64,000 bases of DNA from Verrucomicrobiales bacterium (GTDB lineage: Bacteria; Verrucomicrobiota; Verrucomicrobiia; Verrucomicrobiales; V1-33), in contig JANOAV010000060.1 in the NCBI GenBank assembly GCA_031411295.1, positions 10,172 to 74,171 of the forward strand, written 5' to 3'. The notes beneath the pieces were generated by a model. It ran no database searches. It saw nothing but the letters and a program-made list of their open reading frames with translations, and was not told the origin of the DNA. Of the stretch, positions 37,729 to 45,300 are shown one piece after another. The first letter of the stretch is position 1; every line of letters starts with the position of its first letter. Position numbers and translations under genes: made by a program.

Positions 37729-38436
37729 TTAAGGCTTGGTGGCCGGAGGCGACTGGGTGGCCTCGTGAGTCGTAGCCAACTGAGCCCTGAGAAACGCTTG
37801 GGAGCCGTAAAGGGCGCGGAATTGTTGATCCGCTGTCGGTTGCTGCGCCTGCCAACGTTTGCGGTAGTTGGGATCTGCGGCAGCTTGATCCTCCCCGCCT
37901 ACCTTCGTGATGAAGTCATCCGCGATCTCATCAAGCGTTGCCAGTTGTTCGACATTGAGCCCGGCCACCTGAAGGTCTAGCTCTTGCAAGGCCAGAGGCC
38001 AACGGATGGCTGGAGTTGGACGCAGCGGGGGCTGGGCGGAGGCGAGGGTCATTCCATCGGTTCGCGCAGGAGCTTCGCGAGCAATCTCAGCGGATCCCTG
38101 AACGGACGGGGTGTCGTTTAAATCGGAAGTGCTGACTGATTCTGGGTCCAGCCGTTCTGGGGAATCCGTGCTTGGAACGGTGCGGGGACTTTGCGTCGGG
38201 GAAACAGGGGGCTGATTCACCAGAGCTACCGCGGAATCGTCGGTGCTGGAAATTTTCGTCAGCTCAGTTGCCCACGGGCCAGCTTGGGGAATTGCGTGCT
38301 GCTCCTGCACCATGGGCAAGGCAGTAGGTTCACTGCTCGTGACCAGTGGAGCAGGTGCAGAGGAACCGGATCTCAAACCAAACCAAAGCAGCACGCCAAA
38401 GGCAGTGGAACCAGCGATGAACAGAGTGTGTTTCAT
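37729..38436 (-). CDS. Membrane-anchored hypothetical protein (TM, Pro/Ser/Thr linker, helical C-terminal domain)
   Basis: N-terminal hydrophobic helix, long low-complexity linker, C-terminal LDEIADDFITKVGG...YRKRWQAQQPTADQQFRALYG. Confidence 0.7.
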   Translation of the reverse strand: MKHTLFIAGSTAFGVLLWFGLRSGSSAPAPLVTSSEPTALPMVQEQHAIPQAGPWATELTKISSTDDSAVALVNQPPVSPTQSPRTVPSTDSPERLDPESVSTSDLNDTPSVQGSAEIAREAPARTDGMTLASAQPPLRPTPAIRWPLALQELDLQVAGLNVEQLATLDEIADDFITKVGGEDQAAADPNYRKRWQAQQPTADQQFRALYGSQAFLRAQLATTHEATQSPPATKP

Positions 38437-38465
38437 GGATGAGATCGAAACGTAAATGTTAAATG

Positions 38466-38507
38466 AAAATGACTAGTGCGGGTGAGATCACCCGCACTAG
38501 TCGTTGG
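38466..38507 (-). terminator. 14-bp-stem hairpin, copy downstream of PstS-like paralog B
   Basis: GACTAGTGCGGGTG-agat-CACCCGCACTAGTC, followed on the minus strand by ATTTTCATTT. Confidence 0.7.
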
Positions 38508-38543
38508 TAGTTGAATTGCTAATGCGGTTGAGAGCCGATGATC

Positions 38544-39830
38544 TTAGTAGTCGTTGCTCACATCGCCACCGTCTCCCGAACGAACGACGTGCATGTCACT
38601 CAAGTTGATGGTTTCCGCACTGATTTGATCAGCCAGCGGTGTTGGGGGCAGGGAGCTAACATTTTCGCCTAAAATCTGAGCGACATTGCTCTTCACGCTG
38701 TAACCAGGGGAATAAATAGTTGAATTGAGACTGTTTGGCAGAAGACGAGTGTATAAATATTCGTAGCCCCAGAAAGTGTAGGTCCCTTCGACCACATTGG
38801 TGAATGAATAGGGGACACCATTCCAAGTTAATTCCTTCGCAGGGCCTGCCCCCGCGCCAGTGGCTGACGTGGCGCGTTTCGCATCAAGTAGCCCCAGGCC
38901 GGTCAAATAAAATCCCCCGATTGCTGAGGTCGTATATCGCATACTATCCGCTAAAGCTACTGGGTTTGAGAAGCCGCCATTTCCTTCGGACCAGCCGGCT
39001 GGCAGCGCTGTGCCAGTCGAAGTATTAAGCGCGACGGCGGGGAATGGGACTTGGCTAGAAATTGAGGTGCCACTAAAAGCAGGTTGATATTGAAGCAGAC
39101 TCCCTAAGGAACCATAACCTGTTTCCGATAGTGTGATGACACGCGTTCCTGAATCCGGGTTAAATCCTGTGCCGTATATAAATTTCCCTTGGTCAGCTGC
39201 GTTTCCGGTCCATAGCGCTACAGGAAGATCACCATTGGAATAAAGCAAGGAAGCCAATCGCGTTGTCATGTTTGTAATTGGGTTAATAAAACTCCCAACC
39301 GAATAACTGGAAACAAATTTAAACGGCACTACAGCTACCTGACGATGATAGAAACTTGACTCGAGGTTGCGATTCGTGAGGGGGTAAACTGCTCGGAACG
39401 GTGTTGAGGATTGCAAGCAATCAGAGAAGGCCATATCGGCGGTATGGATATCTGTTCCGGCTGCCACCCCAGGATTACCCGGAATCGACAGCGTTGTCAC
39501 CGTTGAGGGAATAAACATCGGACGAACACCGGCTTCCTCCGCCCCTGTAACGGCCAGCGCTTTAATTCCTGCAACAGAGCCATTCCAAGTCGTGTATATT
39601 TCGACACTATTCACCCCCATAGTTCCCTTGAAAACCGCTTGTGTGGCGGTGTCAATACTCGATCCAGTGAAAGCGTAGGTATAACCTGCCGCCAGATTAT
39701 TTCGGATTGCTCGATGGGCAGTCTTTCTAAACGCTGTGGACCCGCAGATGTAAACTGGAGTTTGTGCATTGGCTAAGTCGATGCATGTTAGCAGCGGGAT
39801 GATGAAGGATAGTGTAAAGGAGAGTTTCAT
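38544..39830 (-). CDS. Secreted PstS/DING-like phosphate-binding-protein-fold protein, paralog B
   Basis: Sec-type signal (ANA-Q), ICGSTAFR, WNGSVAG, AFSD, GFNPDSGTR, YTFWGYE; clearly paralogous to 39931-41178. Confidence 0.7.
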   Translation of the reverse strand: MKLSFTLSFIIPLLTCIDLANAQTPVYICGSTAFRKTAHRAIRNNLAAGYTYAFTGSSIDTATQAVFKGTMGVNSVEIYTTWNGSVAGIKALAVTGAEEAGVRPMFIPSTVTTLSIPGNPGVAAGTDIHTADMAFSDCLQSSTPFRAVYPLTNRNLESSFYHRQVAVVPFKFVSSYSVGSFINPITNMTTRLASLLYSNGDLPVALWTGNAADQGKFIYGTGFNPDSGTRVITLSETGYGSLGSLLQYQPAFSGTSISSQVPFPAVALNTSTGTALPAGWSEGNGGFSNPVALADSMRYTTSAIGGFYLTGLGLLDAKRATSATGAGAGPAKELTWNGVPYSFTNVVEGTYTFWGYEYLYTRLLPNSLNSTIYSPGYSVKSNVAQILGENVSSLPPTPLADQISAETINLSDMHVVRSGDGGDVSNDY

Positions 39831-39853
39831 AGATGAAATTGTAATTTGAATTT

Positions 39854-39895
39854 AAAATGACTAGTGCGGGTGGGATCACCCGCACTAGTCGTTGG
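39854..39895 (-). terminator. 14-bp-stem hairpin, copy downstream of PstS-like paralog A
   Basis: GACTAGTGCGGGTG-ggat-CACCCGCACTAGTC; identical to 38466-38507 over 42 bp except one loop base. Confidence 0.7.
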
Positions 39896-39930
39896 CTGTG
39901 TATGACTACTTTGGCGGAGAGCCAAAGGTC

Positions 39931-41178
39931 TTAGTAATCAGCCGTCACCAGACCTCCGTCAGTAAATCGCACGACGTGCATGTCCTGCAAAGTTAAAGAG
40001 TAAGCGGTGGCCTGCAGTGCCAATGGGGTTGGTGGCAAGGCTACAAAATAGGCACTGAGAGCATTAGCGACTTTCTTCTGGACCGTGGCAGCACCCAGAC
40101 TGGCACGAGTGCAGATGTATTCGTAGCCCCAGAAGGTGTAACGTCCCTCAGCCACATTGTCGAAAGAGTAAGGAACACCATTCCAAGTAAGCTCTTTGGC
40201 ATTGCCTGCACCGGCAGTCGTGCCGACACCATTGATGGCACGATCAGCATCCACACCGCCGATTCCGGCAATATAGAACCCGTTGATCCCAGCCGCAGAG
40301 GTAGTGCAGCGCAACGCGTCAGCCGTGGCTGCACCGCCTTGGCCGCCGTTCCCTTCAGCCCACCCCGCAGGCAAAGCTGTCCCGGTAGATAAGTTCAACG
40401 CGACCGCAGGGAACGGGCCGTGCGAGGTCACTGCGGTGCCGGTAATCACGGGTTTATAATGATAGACGTTTTGGATAGTCCCGTAACCACATTCAGACAA
40501 GGTAATAACCCGTGTGCCAGAATCCGGGTCTCTCCCTGTGGCGTAAACGAATGTGCCCTGATCGGCTGGATTCCCAGTGAACAGAGCTAAAGGAGCCGAA
40601 CCATTGCCATACAGGGTCTGAGCGAGGAGGGGAGTCATATTAGTGATGGGGTTGGGGAAAGTGCCGTTTGAATAGCTGGTAACCCAACGAAAAGGAACAA
40701 CCCCTATTTTCGTTTCACTGAGAGCGGCATAACCGGCGGAAATCCGGAAAGGAGTAGAGGCTTGTTGGTTGTCGGTGAAAGCAATGTCAGCAGTAGCCAC
40801 GGTCGTGCCCGCTGTTGCGTTGGCGGTTCCAGTGGTCGTGGTAGCTTGGGACGGAGCCAAGAACTTAGGACGGACGCCAGCAGCATTGGGCCCGGTCACC
40901 GCGAGCGCTTTGTTCCCGGCTACGGCACCAGTCCAGCCAGTATAAATATTTACGGTGTCTGTGCCAATGGAGCCCTTAAAGACAGCCTGAGCTGCGCTGT
41001 CAATACTAGCGCCGGTGTAAGCAAAAGTATAGCCTGCAGTCAGCTTGGCCCGAATGCCTGCATGGGCCTCTGCACGGAACGCCGTGGAGCCAGTGATGAA
41101 GATATCGGTCTGGGCCTGGGCTACAGAGACCATGGCACTGGCAGCGCAAATCGATGCTAAGAAATAATTGGTTTTCAT
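39931..41178 (-). CDS. Secreted PstS/DING-like phosphate-binding-protein-fold protein, paralog A
   Basis: Sec-type signal (AQA-Q), ITGSTAFR, WTGAVAG, AFTD, GRDPDSGTR (PstS RxDxSGT-like), YTFWGYE. Confidence 0.72.
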   Translation of the reverse strand: MKTNYFLASICAASAMVSVAQAQTDIFITGSTAFRAEAHAGIRAKLTAGYTFAYTGASIDSAAQAVFKGSIGTDTVNIYTGWTGAVAGNKALAVTGPNAAGVRPKFLAPSQATTTTGTANATAGTTVATADIAFTDNQQASTPFRISAGYAALSETKIGVVPFRWVTSYSNGTFPNPITNMTPLLAQTLYGNGSAPLALFTGNPADQGTFVYATGRDPDSGTRVITLSECGYGTIQNVYHYKPVITGTAVTSHGPFPAVALNLSTGTALPAGWAEGNGGQGGAATADALRCTTSAAGINGFYIAGIGGVDADRAINGVGTTAGAGNAKELTWNGVPYSFDNVAEGRYTFWGYEYICTRASLGAATVQKKVANALSAYFVALPPTPLALQATAYSLTLQDMHVVRFTDGGLVTADY

Positions 41179-41231
41179 ATTAGTTGGATGGATTGAATGA
41201 GAGTAGTTTATGGGAGATGATTGAGGGGGGA

Positions 41232-42044
41232 TTAATTGGCAGGACGACGACGACGTGCACCAAATGCTAATCCAGTTAAGGCCAAACAGACGACACCGGT
41301 GGGTTCAGGCACAACATTAAAGGTCAGCGTGCCACTACCACTGAGCGTGAATGTTCCCTCGTAGGAGCCCAGCGCTGCTGCCGTCCCCACCCGCGGGGCG
41401 GTGCGGAATAGATCCAACGACGTGCCAGCGGCTCCGTTACCAAAGTTTCCTTCCATACCAGTTGAAAAGTAGCCAAATGGAACAGCCGCACCAGCCAGAG
41501 AAGTGTAACTAAATGCATCTGAAGCGGTTGTAAATGCTGCATTCGCAGCAGTAGCCGTTGAAGTAGCCGAAAAAGCGAGCCAGTTGTCCTTCATTGTGAT
41601 TATTTTTCCGGCTGGAGCAAACTGAGAGGCGGAGGTTTGACGACTAAGTCCAGTCAGGTCTGCTAAGGGGATCGTGCCATCGCTCCCAAGGGACGAATAC
41701 AAAGTTCTGGTTGGATCGCCATCAAAAGTGCCGGTTGGGGAACTGGAATTAGTTCCCACGACGCCCCAGATCACTTTGGGGTCAGTGGCCCAGCCGGAAC
41801 CGAAAACTACTCCTAGATCCGATGCTATGGTTCCGACTGCAACTTGGAAGGTTGCGGTGGCGTCTCGATAGCTGGAACCAGCCCCAATATTCACGAGATA
41901 GGATTGGGTCACGTTCGTATCCGTGCTGCGGAAGCCTAGGAAAATATCCCCGGGAGTGTAGGTCAGGGCGGCCTGACTGGTGGAGGCTGTCATCAAGCCG
42001 CCTAGGAGGAGCAGGAGTGACGCTTTGAGTTTAAATGGGTTCAT
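41232..42044 (-). CDS. PEP-CTERM sorting-domain protein
   Basis: Signal peptide; C-terminal VVPEP + transmembrane helix + RRRR. Confidence 0.9.
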   Translation of the reverse strand: MNPFKLKASLLLLLGGLMTASTSQAALTYTPGDIFLGFRSTDTNVTQSYLVNIGAGSSYRDATATFQVAVGTIASDLGVVFGSGWATDPKVIWGVVGTNSSSPTGTFDGDPTRTLYSSLGSDGTIPLADLTGLSRQTSASQFAPAGKIITMKDNWLAFSATSTATAANAAFTTASDAFSYTSLAGAAVPFGYFSTGMEGNFGNGAAGTSLDLFRTAPRVGTAAALGSYEGTFTLSGSGTLTFNVVPEPTGVVCLALTGLAFGARRRRPAN

Positions 42045-42310
42045 GCGTTGCTTGTAGAGTAGTTGTTAGTTTGCAAATACCAGAGCGGTAATGAGAGAAC
42101 CGCGCTGACACTGCACCTATTACTTTTCTGCGACGCAAGAAGCTAATTTATTATGGTGACGTTTCCGTTTAGTCCGTATAAAACAAAATTGTCACATAAT
42201 GGAAAATTGAACGCTCTCCGTGTGTCGTTTTCGCCACATTGGATGCTTTTTGGGGTCGTTCTGCCTCCTTCCTCCATGGTTATGCTGGCGGGACTGCCCT
42301 CAATAGGAGC

Positions 42311-42335
42311 GAGCCGTCCCGCAGACGGCTCCACC
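42311..42335 (-). repeat. REP-like palindrome or terminator after the CotH gene
   Basis: Minus strand GGTG-GAGCCGTC-tgcgg-GACGGCTC; begins GGTGGA like the hairpin at 11961. Confidence 0.4.
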
Positions 42336-42348
42336 TTCGGTAATAGCC

Positions 42349-45300
42349 TTACTTGGTGGCCTGCACGTGGACGAAACGCCGGGTCACGGGGTTGGCGAGG
42401 GTGTCTCGGAAGGTGACTTCCTCCAGGCCGTTGCCGAGATCTGTCGTTGGGCCGACTTGGGCGGTGGTGGCGGCCCAGTCGGTGAGGTCGCTGGAGAATT
42501 CGATGACGTAGGTTAGGTCCAGCGCTTTGGGGCGGCGGCGGAAGGTGACGGTGGCGAAGGTGTCCGGACCGATGGTGACGCTGCCACTGCTAATGACGGC
42601 ATCGCCTTGAGGAACACGCGGATTGGTGCCGAAGGCGTATTCGCCCAGGTTGTTCAGGGCGTCGAAATCGGTGTTGGCATCCGGGGCGACGAGCGCGGCG
42701 TTGACGGTATTAGCAGGATTCGGTGGGCTAGGCAGATACATTTCCGCAGCCGTGAAATGATCCCAGCGCCAGCCTTCGTAAACATAAGCGAAGTCGAGAT
42801 CCGTGGTGCCAGGCGAGCCACCAGCATTGCCGCTGAGCGCCCAGTGCGTGGGTTGATCGTAGGTAGCGTAGTTGGGAGCAGCGTTCCGCACCACCAACGT
42901 GCGTCCACCTGCATCCGCCGGCGGAAACCAACTGCTTTCATAACGGAAATCGAGGATGACTTCACCCACTCCATCGACCAATTGAATCGTCTCGCCCGAG
43001 TTATCGAGATTGCCGGAATATTGACCAGCAGGCATCACGGTGGGATAGCGCAAAGCAAAGGCCGCAGCATTGCTCACCAGGAGGATGCGACCACCAGCCG
43101 GCAGGCTCGTTGGGGTGGAGAAGGCAAAGGTGAAGCCTTTCTCGAAATGACAGCCATTGAGTTCTAGGGCGGTAGTTCCGATGTTCTGCAATTCAACGAA
43201 TTCGAAATCGCCTGCATTCACACCAAGGATCGCAGCGGCCTCCGCCAGAGTGGGGGGAGCGGGTGCGAAGTTTATTTCTGTGATCCGCAGTTGCTGTTGC
43301 GCAGCGGTGGGCGCGACGGGAGTGGTAAAACTGGTCACTAGCACGCCCGTGGGAGCGCGCAGTTCGATGATTTCTCCACGCGCGGAAATTTGGCCATTAT
43401 AGCGATCCTGCACCTGCAACTGCTGACCGCCCCGTGGTCCGGTGGTGCGGGCCCGGAAGGCGTAACTATTGGGCGAAGCGTAGAGGCTGCCGCCGGCGGG
43501 AATCACGGTGCCAGGATCGAACGTCATGCTCACGGCACCGTCAAGTTTCCAGCCGGAGATATCCGCCTCAAAGCTGCCAGGATTGCTGAGTTGGATGTAT
43601 TCCTGTTCCTGATTACCGGAAGCGGGATTGAATTCCACCGACGTAATCGTGATGGGAAAGGAGATCGGCTGGGCGTTCGGAATGATTTGATTGCCCACGC
43701 TCCCGCTGGCTACCGAGTAAGTGGTGTAGAGATCCGTGCGACGTCCGGGGAAGAAATTCAGCACGCCCGCGAGTTGACTGGACGTGCTGGTCGGCACGTT
43801 TGGCGAAAGCGCATTCATCCAGGCATTGGCGCGTTGTTCGAATTTCCCATTCACCGTGCCGGGGGGCTGCAAATACTCATCCATCAGCGTTCGGAGCCGT
43901 CGCATGGCCAGCGGTTGCAGGGTGGCATCATTGAAGACAAAGTCCCAGAGTTTGTTCCATTGCGGATCAGCTGAGGTCGGTTGTTTCCCGTGCGTGGCGT
44001 CGCCAAAGTAGGGATGATACAAGTGCGGCAGGGAATCGCCCAGGATCCCGAACGTCCAGTCCTTGTCCCACGGGAAGATGCTCCACTCGCGATTCCCATT
44101 GGTATCGCGATAGAGATAGAAATTCTTCCTAACATCGTCCGAGTCCTGCGTAATCCGACTCAGCGCCAGCAGATTCAGCAGGCTGGGGGCATTCACATTA
44201 TCCCAGAACCAAGCCCGGCGGGCGCTGACATCCACTTGATTCAGCCCTGTGACGAATGCCGTGAGGTCGTCGAGATTTTCGGTTTTGCGCGTCTTCTTTT
44301 CGATCCCACTGTTGGCGTCTAAAAATACCGGACCGGGACCGCGTTGAATGAATTTATACAGCGCGCCCTCTTCATCGAGATTATTGCGCTTCAGGAAATC
44401 GTCGTCCACCTGCTCCACATAATAGCCGACGCGATCGGCGGCGCTATTGACGCGCAACACAATGGGGAAGGCGACACAGGCGGGATGGCCCGTGAGACGA
44501 TACGTTTCAAACGCCAGGGAATGGCGAATCAGACTGCCATCACTGCCGGGACCATTGAGATTCGCTTCCCCCACGCGACCAAGCTCCGGATTGATGTAAC
44601 AATGGTCACCGGTGTTGAAATCAAATTTCTGTGAACCGGCCGAAGTGGCGGCACCACGCACGCGCACGAAGACGTTATCATAAAGCTGGCCATTGAAGAA
44701 CACCGCACAGCGCGTGCCCGTGGCGTTGCGGGCATTGGTGGTATTCTGCGTGAACCAATCCCAGAGCGGGATCGTGGCGGTGGCGGTGGATTGCACCATG
44801 GTGCCGAGATACTCCGCCGAGTTAAGAGGATCGGTAAACAGCGGCCAGCGCGAGCCAGGAGAAGTGGTATCGCTGGCCGTGATATACCAGCGCACCAGAT
44901 CCCCCGCCGTGCTGGCGGTAGCCGGAATGGCGGCTCCATAGACGCTGTCTCCCGACGCTCCATCGCCATGCCCCCCATCGTCGAACATTGGAATTTGGAT
45001 GACGGTCCCATACATCACTCGGTAGTTCAGATTCACGCCAGTGATCGGACTAAAGGACGGCCGCACGCGGGCGGTAACGATGATGTCATCGGCATCGACG
45101 GGTTGCGCCGGAGTGAATTTATCCAAGGTAATCACGGGCCCCGGCGTGCCCGTGCCACTGACGTTGATAGCTCCGGGAGTAGGCGCAGAGAGGTAAGCGG
45201 CGGTGTTGCTGTTGCCGAGAATGCTCGTAGCAATGAGTTCCGCACTGCAGAGTAAATCGTAGTTGGCAGCACTGATGTTCAGGGCATGGATCGCCAGCAC

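Noticed and set aside
38466..39895. Duplicated palindrome as a CRISPR repeat or IS ends
   Set aside because: Only two copies, separated by a whole gene, no cas genes or transposase; explained by tandem duplication.
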